This document shows, in pieces, positions 52,275-61,949 of a stretch of DNA of 64,000 nucleotides. The stretch comes from Candidatus Bathyarchaeota archaeon. Lineage in GTDB: Archaea; Thermoproteota; Bathyarchaeia; Bathyarchaeales; Bathycorpusculaceae. Location: the NCBI GenBank assembly GCA_963739305.1, contig CAVTZU010000011.1, positions 92,152-156,151 on the forward strand, read 5' to 3'. Made by a program: the position numbers and the translations under genes. The stretch's first letter is position 1. Each line of letters starts with the position of its first letter. The notes under the pieces were generated by a model. It searched no databases. It had not been told where the DNA came from and worked only from the letters and a program-made list of their open reading frames with translations.

Positions 52275-52613
52275 TTATCTCCTCGTTATCGTTGTTTCAC
52301 GTTTGCGAGCTTGAAGTTGGATTAGTATTTTCTTGAGTTGTTCATCGCCCAAGGGCACGGGGATCTTTGCTTGTTGCGCTAGTTGGATCAGTTGGAGTTC
52401 TAGCTGCTCAGTGAATTCTGGCCTGACCATCTTGAGGTTTGCCAATCTCTGCCTCGCCTCAGGAGTCAGTATGCTTCTCAGGAGAGCTTGCTTCTGTTGC
52501 TCCATCTGTTGTTCTGCTTGTGCGCCCTTTTGCTCATCCGTCATCTGTCTTTGCAGGGCTGAGAGCTTTCTTCTGCGGAGCTCTTCCAGCTCTTCATCTG
52601 ACATTTCACTCAC
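52275..52613 (-). CDS. PDCD5-like DNA-binding protein
   Basis: LTPEARQRLANLKMVRPE...LIQLAQ. Confidence 0.93.
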   Translation of the reverse strand: MSEMSDEELEELRRRKLSALQRQMTDEQKGAQAEQQMEQQKQALLRSILTPEARQRLANLKMVRPEFTEQLELQLIQLAQQAKIPVPLGDEQLKKILIQLQARKRETTITRR

Positions 52614-53073
52614 CTTTTTGGTACTTCTGGAGTTCTGGACGCTCCTTCACAATTTCTCTACTGAGTTCCTCAGCTATTTCCTTCAGAACTTTTCTCCCAG
52701 CAGGTGTGACTTTTCTGCCGCGAGTTTTCACTGTTTCAACGTATCCTGCTGCTTGCAGCTGTTGCAGCGCTTTTCGAATAACTGATCCGCCTGCTTTCGT
52801 CGCGTGTTTGGGTTTTACGCCTTTGCTGCTTCTTCCTCCGTAATCGGCCCTTAGCTTTTCAATGCCGATCGGGCCACGAACATATGTTTTCCGCAGTATT
52901 GAGGCGCATCTGACGTACCACCAGTCCGGGTTTTGAGGTTGCTGCTGGACGTGAGTGCCTGTTTTCACGACGCTTGCCCATGTTGGGGGTGTTACTGCTT
53001 CAACGTTCTCTTTTAGGTACTTGGCTAGTTTCGGGATGAATTTCGATACTGGAACGTCGTTCGGAGTTACCAA
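52606..53073 (-). CDS. rps19e: 30S ribosomal protein S19e
   Basis: WASVVKTG, DWWYVRCASILRK, RKALQQL. Confidence 0.96.
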   Translation of the reverse strand: MVTPNDVPVSKFIPKLAKYLKENVEAVTPPTWASVVKTGTHVQQQPQNPDWWYVRCASILRKTYVRGPIGIEKLRADYGGRSSKGVKPKHATKAGGSVIRKALQQLQAAGYVETVKTRGRKVTPAGRKVLKEIAEELSREIVKERPELQKYQKGE

Positions 53074-53132
53074 TACTCTTTATCCTCTTTAGGTTTCCTT
53101 CAGTAAAATCATGAGGCGACATATAAAGGCTT

Positions 53133-53414
53133 TCACTTGGCGCGGGGCTTGTAAAGAATGAAGGTGTGACCCCTCACTTCTACCAGTGTTGCGATGGTTT
53201 GTTGGGCGATGGTTTCTGCAACTTCTTTTGCTTCATTATCAGAAAGAGCGCTTTTCAGTATTTTCGCTTTGACCATCTTATTTTTTTCCAGTTGCTTCTC
53301 AATTTCCTTGAGCAATTCCGCTGACGCTCCGCTTTTGCCGATCCACACTGTAGGGTTCGCGTCGCCTAGCTGCCTCATGACGTATCTTCTCTTGCCTGCG
53401 GTAAGTCCAGTCAT
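53133..53414 (-). CDS. YhbY/CRM RNA-binding protein
   Basis: PTVWIGKSG, VKAKIL, VRGHTFILY. Confidence 0.92.
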   Translation of the reverse strand: MTGLTAGKRRYVMRQLGDANPTVWIGKSGASAELLKEIEKQLEKNKMVKAKILKSALSDNEAKEVAETIAQQTIATLVEVRGHTFILYKPRAK

Positions 53415-53734
53415 CTTTCCACGTTTCTTCGTTTTTTCACAAGCGGTATCCTCGTCTGTCCACCACACCTTAAGCACGTGACCACTACGTGTGGTTCTCG
53501 TTTCTGCTGCACGCGCACTCGACAGTTTACGCCGGGTAAGATAAAGCTTTTACAACGACCACAAATTTGACGTCTATATTCCACTGGCAGCCGGATCTTA
53601 ACAGACATGGCTATTCTCCTGGCCATGTCGACGTAGTGCTGAGCGAGTTGAGGGTCTCGACTGACATTGTTTCTGGCAAGGCTGAAAAGCGTTTGAATGC
53701 GTTGTCTCGCTATTCGTCTGACGTTTTCGTCCAA
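53411..53734 (-). CDS. rnp4: Ribonuclease P protein Rpp21
   Basis: ARQRI..L and zinc ribbon CGRC...CLRC. Confidence 0.93.
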   Translation of the reverse strand: MDENVRRIARQRIQTLFSLARNNVSRDPQLAQHYVDMARRIAMSVKIRLPVEYRRQICGRCKSFILPGVNCRVRVQQKREPHVVVTCLRCGGQTRIPLVKKRRNVER

Positions 53735-53873
53735 GCCCTCTCCTGCTCCGCCATCTAGATTGATCTTTAAGGAATTAGTCTTTTCGACGAATCGCGCGCA
53801 CTAAGGAGGAAGTTCGAGTCCATTGGACACACAAGACAAATATAAAATGGTCATGCCTTTGAGTTAGTGGGGC

Positions 53874-55037
53874 GTGGAGAAGATTAGAAGCAAAGTCTGT
53901 GGTGTCGGATACATCAACAGGATTAGGGATAACCTTCATACTGTAAGGAGACGGGAACTCTCTCAACTGTATGAGGATTTGAAGTCTGCGGACTGTGTGG
54001 TGTGCGGTGGTTCTGGTAGGTCACTTTATTCTCTCAATGCTGCCATGAGTCAGATTGCGATCAGTCAGACTGGTTGGAGAAACAAAGTTGTGCTGACTCC
54101 TGATGATCCTGGTTTTCCAGGCAAGAACATGTACGAGGCAGCTGATGAGTTGGAGAGGCGGTTTAGCAAGGTTCTTTTATTGATGAATTCCGGCAGTGGC
54201 GTGTCAGGAGATCCAGTGATGATGGCTCAGGATCTTCATAAGTACATTGAGGAGAAAGGGCACTCGAAGTTTTCGATGGGTTTGTTAACATCTAACGTAA
54301 ATTCAGCGTTGGCCCAGATCGTCCAGAAGCACGGGAACGTGGTTGAGGTGAAGGGGCGAGGAAGGACGAAGCCTTCGCTTGACTACAGCGAGACAGGGAT
54401 TATGGGCGACATCTTTGAGCTGGGCAGTCTTTTGCTCATGTCCATGATGACTGAAGCGATTTTTCGAAACCTAGACGCAGGTGAAGTGCTGCGCTTGTGC
54501 GAAGAAGAGTTTGCTAGGCTGGGGCCAATGGTGGATTTGGCGGTGGAGTCTGACACGTATTCTCAGCTAGTCGATATTCTGGAGAAGCGAACGAGCGTTT
54601 TCCTGGGTGGTAAGGGCACGGCCAGCCAGATCGTAAAGATGACGGCGATCAGGCTATTCCATATCAAGAGCACTTTGGGAGACAACGTGTATATCGCGCG
54701 CGGTGTGAACACTCCAGCTCCAAGACCAGGCGACTTGGAGATTCTATTGTCTTTTTCCGGTGAGACCAAGGCAGTTGTTGCTTGGTGTGACACGTTGAAG
54801 AAGATGAGCGGTACGGTCTTGGCGATTACAGGAGCAAAGAAATGCACGTTGTGTGACAAATCGGATCTTCAGATAGTGTTGGAGGAGGAAGCTAAGCAGG
54901 GTCAGCCTAGGCGGTTTTACATGCGGGCCGCGTATGTTTTGAGCCCGTTACCTGTGAAGATGGTTGAAAGATTGGGTGATAAGGGGTTAAGGTTGCCAGA
55001 GTACATAATTCATTGGCATCACTCGCTCACAGAATGA
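53874..55037 (+). CDS. Tandem SIS-domain (phosphohexuloisomerase-like) protein
   Basis: GSGRS...NSGSG...MGDIFE in domain 1; GKGTA...RLFHI...SFSGET in domain 2. Confidence 0.75.
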   Translation: MEKIRSKVCGVGYINRIRDNLHTVRRRELSQLYEDLKSADCVVCGGSGRSLYSLNAAMSQIAISQTGWRNKVVLTPDDPGFPGKNMYEAADELERRFSKVLLLMNSGSGVSGDPVMMAQDLHKYIEEKGHSKFSMGLLTSNVNSALAQIVQKHGNVVEVKGRGRTKPSLDYSETGIMGDIFELGSLLLMSMMTEAIFRNLDAGEVLRLCEEEFARLGPMVDLAVESDTYSQLVDILEKRTSVFLGGKGTASQIVKMTAIRLFHIKSTLGDNVYIARGVNTPAPRPGDLEILLSFSGETKAVVAWCDTLKKMSGTVLAITGAKKCTLCDKSDLQIVLEEEAKQGQPRRFYMRAAYVLSPLPVKMVERLGDKGLRLPEYIIHWHHSLTE

Positions 55038-55239
55038 CTTTCTCAAGGCGGTTATTCAAGTTCTTCTCTCGAGAGGCATCTTGCTTCGTATCCTGCCCAA
55101 GGTCGTGGGTTCTCTGATAACCAAATGGGAAGCAGGCTAGTGTGAACTATTGACGCGCAACGCAACCCTATTGTTTCAGGCAGGGTCATGTTTCTTTTTT
55201 TCGTTTCTTCAAGAAATCCAAAATGGTCCTTTCTCTGCG

Positions 55240-56136
55240 CTACGTATTTCTCAACTTTTTCCTCATGGTCTTCCTGACGCTTTCTACGCGGAAACCTAAA
55301 CTTCGCAGTAGAGCATTGGAAGAAACGTTCTGTTCGGACGTTCCTAACCTCGCTGAGTCCATTCCTTTTTCAAAAAGAAAATTCATCGATCGAGCTGTTA
55401 ACGCCGATGCAAGGTGACGGTTGCGAAACTCTGGGAGCGTCGCTGCGGGTCCTAGGTACCCCCTGTTCAAGTGCATGTATTTGATCGCGTCAGTGTCTGG
55501 CTTCGCCACGACGGTTGATACGATTTTTCCCTCGATTTCTGCGAGTTGAACCCAGTCCTCCTTGAAAGGGGGGTCTTCAGATTTCCAGATTTCTAAATCT
55601 CCGAGTTCTAACCTTTGCCATCCGAATCCTGCATTCACAGCTGCAACGAATTCCTTTTCTTCATTGCTCCTCAAACTTCGAAGGATCACGTCCGTCCCGA
55701 CCTTTGGGATCGGTATGACACCGTTGAGTTTTGCGGACATTCGCTCAAAACCAGGTTGCAATTCGTAGCCACGCTTTATCCAATTGCTAATCTTTGGGTT
55801 TCCTTCGTCAATCGATGTTACGATAGTGTTCACGGTGGGGTCTTTTTCAACTTCGGTTATGAGCGTATTTTCGACGGTTTCTTGGTTCGGTCCCTTGATT
55901 GCGGCGAGCCAGGAAATGTCTTTTTCGGAGTTTTCATGAAGATGCGTGCCTATGATGCCTAGTATCTTGCTTTTTTCTTTGGCCACAAGAATGTTGAGAT
56001 GGCGTCTACGAATCTGGGAGAGGACTCTTTCCTCGTTGAACGGAATAAATTCATTAGAGTTTTTGTATTCTTCATTTAGCAGTTCAACTAGAGATAGCAA
56101 ATCCTCGTCAGTGAATTCCACAATTTTAAGCGCCAT
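55240..56136 (-). CDS. Tandem GNAT acetyltransferase
   Basis: ATLPEFRNRHLA and N..S..L..SLGF motifs. Confidence 0.85.
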   Translation of the reverse strand: MALKIVEFTDEDLLSLVELLNEEYKNSNEFIPFNEERVLSQIRRRHLNILVAKEKSKILGIIGTHLHENSEKDISWLAAIKGPNQETVENTLITEVEKDPTVNTIVTSIDEGNPKISNWIKRGYELQPGFERMSAKLNGVIPIPKVGTDVILRSLRSNEEKEFVAAVNAGFGWQRLELGDLEIWKSEDPPFKEDWVQLAEIEGKIVSTVVAKPDTDAIKYMHLNRGYLGPAATLPEFRNRHLASALTARSMNFLFEKGMDSARLGTSEQNVSSNALLRSLGFRVESVRKTMRKKLRNT

Positions 56137-56220
56137 AGTCTCTTTCAGAAGAGGTACATAACTTCTATAAACCTTTGCTCGATGCATGCATCTTGCCCTG
56201 CGGAATATTGTGCTAGCTAG

Positions 56221-57480
56221 CTAAGTAGCGTTCGAATCCTGGGCTATGATTGACTTGTATATTTCGGCTGTTTGTTCGGCTACTTTTTTCCAGGTGAAGA
56301 ATTGAATGGCTCTTTTCCTGCCGTTTTGGCCCCATTCTCTGGCTCTCTGTGGGTCTTTGAGAACTTCTTTCACTCCCCAGGCTATGTCCACTGGGTCTTG
56401 GCCGTTGACGTGGATTCCTGTTTGGTCTGGGCCGGAGGGTATGACTTGTTCTCTGAAGCCGACTACTCCGTGGGCTCCGACGACTATTGGTTTCTCCATG
56501 GCCATGGCTTCTAGGCTGACTATTCCGAATGGTTCGTAGACAGAGGGGAATATGCATGTGTCAGCTGCGGCGTAATGCAGGATTCTTTCGTCTTCTGGGA
56601 CGAAGTCGAAGCGGCAGATGACGTTTTCTTTGATTCCGAGCCTTGCGGTCATTTCGGTGATGTCGCTTTGTTCTTCTCCTTTGCCGAGGATGACGAGTTT
56701 AGTCTTGGGGTATTCTTCGAGTATTAGCGGTAGGGCTTGAACTAGGTTTCTGATGCTTTTGACCCATGTGAGTCTGCCGACGAACAGTAGGAGGTTCCAG
56801 TCTTTTGGAGTTTCGTACTTTTCTCTTATGGTGTCGATCGCGTCTTCGCTGATGTTTTTAGGGTTGTAGCGGTCTGTGTCGACGCCGTTCCAGACGACGC
56901 TGATTTTGGATTCGTTCCAGCCGTGGCGGGTGAGGTCGTCTCTCATGGCGTAGCTGACTGTGACTATTCTGTTTGCGAGTTGCGCCGTGGCCTGCTCAAA
57001 GTGTGATACTACTTCGGAGCCTCCGTCTCCGCTTCTTCCCCATTCGGTGCTGTGTACGTGGAATACGAGGGGGAGGTTTGTTTCGTTTTTGGCTATTATG
57101 CCTGCGATGCTGCTGAGCCAGTCGTGGACGCAGACGATGTCGAACTTGGAATGTTCTTTTTTGATGAGTTGGTTGACGAATTTGGTTGCGCTTAGGACGT
57201 TGTACATGAAGATGTCGCTGAAGAAACGGATGTTTGTTCCCCATTTCACGAGGTCGTTTGCGACGAACATTGGGAAGACGTTGCTTGCGTTTGCGATCAT
57301 GGGGCGGTGCACTTCGACTCCTTTGAGGACTTCTGTTGTTTTGAGGTTTCCTGGGTTTAATGTGAACACGGTGACGTCGTGGCCCATTTCGATGTACTGA
57401 TGTGTGATGTATTGGGCGTAGGTTCCGAGTCCGCCGACGAGTTGTGGCGGGTATTCCCAGACGAAGAATCCGATTCTCAT
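56221..57480 (-). CDS. GT4 glycosyltransferase (glycogen-synthase-like)
   Basis: WEYPPQLVGGLG, HDW, HSTE, FVGRL, PSVYEPFGIVSLEAMA. Confidence 0.92.
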   Translation of the reverse strand: MRIGFFVWEYPPQLVGGLGTYAQYITHQYIEMGHDVTVFTLNPGNLKTTEVLKGVEVHRPMIANASNVFPMFVANDLVKWGTNIRFFSDIFMYNVLSATKFVNQLIKKEHSKFDIVCVHDWLSSIAGIIAKNETNLPLVFHVHSTEWGRSGDGGSEVVSHFEQATAQLANRIVTVSYAMRDDLTRHGWNESKISVVWNGVDTDRYNPKNISEDAIDTIREKYETPKDWNLLLFVGRLTWVKSIRNLVQALPLILEEYPKTKLVILGKGEEQSDITEMTARLGIKENVICRFDFVPEDERILHYAAADTCIFPSVYEPFGIVSLEAMAMEKPIVVGAHGVVGFREQVIPSGPDQTGIHVNGQDPVDIAWGVKEVLKDPQRAREWGQNGRKRAIQFFTWKKVAEQTAEIYKSIIAQDSNAT

Positions 57481-57617
57481 GAGGTGTTTTCTCCTTGTTT
57501 CTGTTATTTCTTGTTGTGGAGTAGATTACGTTTTTGTTTTTGTGATGGTTCGGAGTTGAAGATTCGAAGGTTTGAAGGGATCTTTTTTGGTTTTGTTGGC
57601 GAAGAGAGGTCGGTTTG

Positions 57618-57649
57618 TTGTAAGGGTTTTTGCAATGTTGAATTGTAAC
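57618..57649 (-). repeat. 32-bp dispersed intergenic motif, copy 2 (inverted)
   Basis: Reverse complement GTTACAATTCAACATTGCAAAAACCCTTACAA; 2 mismatches to 34825-34856. Confidence 0.9.
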
Positions 57650-57851
57650 GGTGGGGCAGCTTCGAGGCGCGCGCGGATGCTGAAAAAATATGCCGTTCTT
57701 ATTGTGAGATAGCTAGTTTGCGTGACAGAATTCAATAGCGCACGCTAAGAGGTTGTACGAAGCTTTCTGCACGATAATTGTTACAAGACTAGCCAAAACT
57801 CATTAACTTGTATGGTTTAGTTGTCAGATACTCTGAGAGAGTCTGGGATAA

Positions 57852-59038
57852 GTGGGCTTAAACAAGAATACGATCAACAATGCTGCGATAACATCGCTCA
57901 TCTTGGGCCGAATCGTGTATGCGATAAACTGGTTCAACATGGCCGCGGTTTTTTCGTTGATAGCTTCTGAAATGAAGCAGGATGTCTCTGGACTAGGGCT
58001 TGTCACAGCGGCGTTCTACGTAGGCATCGGAGCGTTTCAAGTGCCTGGGGGAATCCTAGCTGCCAAGTTTGGTCCGCGTTTAACCGTGATTTATGGAACA
58101 ACGATCGCTTCCTTTTCTGCATTGCTAACCGGTTTCGCGGGGAATCTGGTTGAGATAGCGGTTCTACGTTTTCTTGTGGGCGCCGGCATGGCTCTCGTTT
58201 TCGCGCCAGCAGTTGTTCTGGTCACTAGGTTCTTGAGAAAAGGATCGGAGGGGTTGGGCGTTGGAATTTACAATTCAGCTTTCTCTTTGGGCGGTGCAAT
58301 TGGGCTGTCGGGCTGGGCAGTACTCGCAGGCAGCGTTGGGTGGCGCAACAGCCTCATCATAAGTGGATCGCTCGGCTTGGCAACGTCTGTTCTACTCGTC
58401 TTTCTTGCACCTAAGGACAACCTTCGCTCAGACTTCAAAATCGACCCTCACCGCCTGAAGCTCATCCTGTCTGACAAATGGCTGATAACGTTATCAATCG
58501 CTTTGCTGGGTCTAGGGGTCGGCAGCACCGTTGTGGGCAATTTCATGGCTTACTACGTCGAGAACGTGTCACATGTCAGTGTTGGAGAAGCCGGTGGCGA
58601 TCGCGTCATTAGCCCAGGCTTCTGCTCTCGTGACAGCACCGTTTTCTGGAAGAGTCTTTGACAGGGTTGGAAATGCGAGATGGCTGCTGTTTGCGACAGG
58701 CGCAGTTATGGCTTTCGGCGTCGGCATAGCATTCATCGGGACACTCTACTCTGCGATCACGTCAGGTGTCCTCGTAGGCTTGGCGTCAGGCGCTGGTTTC
58801 ACGTTTGGCTTTGCCGCTGCGAGAGAAGCCAACAGATTCGGTCCTGAATATGAAACGCTGGCCGTGAGTTGGGTCAACGGCATCGCCCTGTTCGGTGATT
58901 TCGTTCCTCCACTGCTCTTCTCCTACGTCGCGATTAGTTTCGGATATGGTTCTGCATGGCTAGTCTCTAGCGTTGCTTGCCTTCGTGCTAATTCTCCCAG
59001 TATTCTTCTCTAAGGCGTCGAAAAGGAAGGACTCATAG
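57852..59038 (+). CDS. MFS transporter; two +1 frameshifts (about 58596 and 58966)
   Basis: GILAAKFGPR, RFLVGAG, GRVFDRVG; the last TM continues as LALLAFVLILPVFFSKASKRKDS to TAG at 59036-59038. Confidence 0.85.
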
Positions 59039-59134
59039 CAATCGTCAACATTTTTCTCCGAGGTTTGGCCGAAAAAGTGTGGACAATCGAAACGCGCGCG
59101 AGAGCACTGAGACTTTTTCCAGTATCATTCAACG

Positions 59135-60358
59135 TTAGAAGTAGGGCTGATTTCTCGCAAGGCTCTCTGCAAGTTCAGAGTAGGTGTCGATGATGACTTC
59201 TCTCAAATCCGTTCTCTGGCTTTTTTTCTCCACTTTTTCCCGCAGGATTTCAGAGAGGTTTCCGCATTCTATCCTTCTCTGGATTATAGGGAGATATTTT
59301 TTTTCGTCCGCTGTGGCCTTCCGCAGAGCGATGTTGTAATAATATTCGCAGACTCGACGTGCAGTCTTTCCGTGTGGGTGATGAACGCTGGCGCTGAGTC
59401 CATTCATAATGATTGCGTTGAGATTCTGTACTAGGACTGTGTGAGGGAGAAACTCTGGGTCCTGATTCATTAGTCCCCTCAGTACCGCTCTGATGAAACA
59501 GCTCAATGCGACGTCTGATTTGATGCATTCTTGTTCGTCCATTATTCGAATTTCGATGGCTCTTCTGTCGAACCTGAAAATCACTCCTCGGCTGTTTACC
59601 CATTCCTTGTTCAGGAGAGGCTTGTCTGCGCCTGCCTTGGATAGATCGTCTGAGTACTTGCCTATGATGTTCTTTTTGTACTGGCTGAATGAGGATGTGT
59701 ATTCTGGAATCACGTCGCCGGTTACTGATGGGATTTCTTTTTGGTTTTGCGTGTAGAAGTACAGTCTGTTGTCCACTCCGTCTCCGAGCCTGCCTTCGTA
59801 GATTGGTGAAGAAGCGCTGATTGCGGACAAGTATGGGCATATGTTTGCAAGCGTGTTGTGAAGCAGGATTCCGCTTTCTTCGTTTGAGTATGGGAGGTTG
59901 AGGTGGAAGCTCTGAATGTTGAGCCATCCGTGTCGTCTGAGGTTGAAGATTTTGCTGTAAGCCTCGTAGATTTGTCTGTGGCGGTGGGGCCAAATTCCCG
60001 TTTCGTCGAGTTCTAGTAGTGGGTGCATGCCCGTTCCAAGAAGATGTGCCTGAAATTTACGTTGCAGGAAATCCTGAATCGTCAAGATGGCTTCCTGCAT
60101 TGTTTCCTCAAACTCGACCGGTGTTTTGAAGGGAGCGTTGGGCTTGAATTCCATGACGTGCAGCTGAAGCTCTTTGCCAAAGGTATAGCTTGGCTGTTCG
60201 ACGAAGTTGACGATTCGGCCATGGAAATCCTTTATGATTTTGTCTACGATGGGCAATGCCTCAAGCTCGTCATTCACAATTGAAAACTCGTGCTCTGGGC
60301 CTAGGACTTCCAGGGTTTTGTACGTGAAGGCTCCACTCTTGCTGAAGGTGTTCCCCAC
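59135..60358 (-). CDS. Glutamate--cysteine ligase family (GCS2) protein
   Basis: GPEHEF, ELQLHVME, GMHP, SFHLNL, SASSP, IEIRIMDEQ; start codon uncertain. Confidence 0.85.
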   Translation of the reverse strand: MGNTFSKSGAFTYKTLEVLGPEHEFSIVNDELEALPIVDKIIKDFHGRIVNFVEQPSYTFGKELQLHVMEFKPNAPFKTPVEFEETMQEAILTIQDFLQRKFQAHLLGTGMHPLLELDETGIWPHRHRQIYEAYSKIFNLRRHGWLNIQSFHLNLPYSNEESGILLHNTLANICPYLSAISASSPIYEGRLGDGVDNRLYFYTQNQKEIPSVTGDVIPEYTSSFSQYKKNIIGKYSDDLSKAGADKPLLNKEWVNSRGVIFRFDRRAIEIRIMDEQECIKSDVALSCFIRAVLRGLMNQDPEFLPHTVLVQNLNAIIMNGLSASVHHPHGKTARRVCEYYYNIALRKATADEKKYLPIIQRRIECGNLSEILREKVEKKSQRTDLREVIIDTYSELAESLARNQPYF

Positions 60359-60582
60359 GATTGAATATAAAGCTACGATCAAACACATCGTGCAATTAGG
60401 CAGGGTTACACGGGAAAAGACGGTTTGGTTCTTCAGAAAACAGCGCGCTCTGCTAACAGCAAAGATGCGTCTCAAACAAACTTCGGAGCTCTAAGATTGT
60501 GAGGGTCACTTTCAGGGAGAAGGAAAACTGAAACCATCAACAACTATTATCCTTCGTAAACGCCCGGCTTTTTCAACATATA

Positions 60583-60607
60583 GGTGCGGGGATGGGACTT
60601 GAACCCC
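60583..60607 (-). other. tRNA 3'-end remnant (T arm plus acceptor strand, Leu-like); probable att site
   Basis: Minus strand GGGTTCAAGTCCCATCCCCGCACC; no D arm, anticodon arm or 5' acceptor strand upstream. Confidence 0.65.
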
Positions 60608-60720
60608 AACAGCAGTAGCGATGTCTCCCGAAATCCCCCTTTTTGCCCTGACGCGCTTATCAAGCATGCGCACGTTTGTATGTTTTTTCCAAATTCTTTT
60701 ATATCAGAACTGAAGTTTCC

Positions 60721-61784
60721 TCAAATCTCTCCTTGCTTAAGGATGAACTCGCCGATTCTGTCTGTGCCATAGATGCGTGGATAGCTGAATTCGGGTCGCC
60801 GGCCCAGGATGCGCTCTACCATCGAGGAATATCCCCCAGCCTATGGGCGATGAGGCCGCAGTTTTCCTCTCGTACGAATTCCACGTTGCCCCTTTCCTGA
60901 GGCATTACCGCTGGCGAGGTATCAAGTATGAACGGTTTCTTAAGTGCCACAAGCTCTGAAACGGTCAGCGCTCCCGGCTTGGTGATGACAAGGGAGGATG
61001 TTTGGAATAATGGAATGATCGATTTGGGGAAGCCTATTACTATGACGCCATTTCTTCGCGACGCCGCCCGTTCGAGCGACTTGTTCCTTCCGCATTGAAT
61101 CAGGATGGTCGTGTTCAGTCGGTGCTTCAACAACAGATCGACTATTTTCAGTGAATTGCGTCCTCCCTCTCGCCCACCCAGTATGGTGCAGATCGGGCCT
61201 CTGACGTCTTGCAAGTACTCAGGCGATGAGGGAGGCAGCTCGACGTCCGGCGTCAGAGGCATGCCCATCACCGCTGCAGCATGATCGCTCAGCCCGAACT
61301 GTTTCAAGAAATCTCTCGCCTGTCGCGTTGGAAGCGACGTGAAGTCTGCTTCTGGATTAAACCAGCTCGGCGTCATTCCCCTGCCGAGGTCGACGACGAC
61401 CGTGTAGACTTTTGGCTTCTTGCCTCCTTTTTGCCGCAGGGCCTGCAATACCGGGCCGATTATCCATGGACAGATGAGTACCACAACTTCCGGCCTCTCC
61501 TTTTCGAGGAGACGCAGAATTCTGTTTCGAGACAGGGCGTTGGCGGGTTCGAAATCGTTGAATGGAAAGCGGTGGGCCAGTTCCATGTAGATTGAGGCGA
61601 ATCGCAGATCCCTTCGAAGAAGTGAATTGTAGATCTCTGCCAGAACATTGCCCAGTGGGTTGGCCTCCTTCATGAAATCGACTACTGAGCATTCGGCGCC
61701 CCGTCCTCTGAGATACTTGCCCAGAGCCAGCGAGGCGCTTATCGTTCCGTGTCCTCCATTCATGGTGAAGATGGAGACTTTCAT
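60721..61784 (-). CDS. UgtP/MGDG-synthase-like (GT28) glycosyltransferase; frameshift near 60822
   Basis: GGHG, TVVVD, LGGREG, CGRN, ITKPGALTVSE, PQERGN; a plausible C-terminus MVERILG...GTDRIGEFILKQGEI ends in another frame at 60721. Confidence 0.82.
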
Positions 61785-61949
61785 ACGAAACCTCTCAGGT
61801 GGGACTTCAGTAGCGAAGAGAGAGCGTGGCAATTCTTCCATTCGCCTAACAGGGCTTCAGTCTTCAAGTATGCGTATTGGTTGGTCTCGACGAAGAAGAC
61901 CAACCAGAGAGCAGTATCCTGCCAGTAGGTCTGAGCATTCCTCAGTTTT

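Noticed and set aside
60583-60680. Complete tRNA gene
   Set aside because: Only the 3' 24 nt resemble a tRNA; no cloverleaf can be built.
60700-60818. Amber readthrough (pyrrolysine) of the GT28 TAG
   Set aside because: The in-frame continuation does not look like the family, whereas the shifted frame gives a plausible GT C-terminal helix; no pyl genes are in the window.
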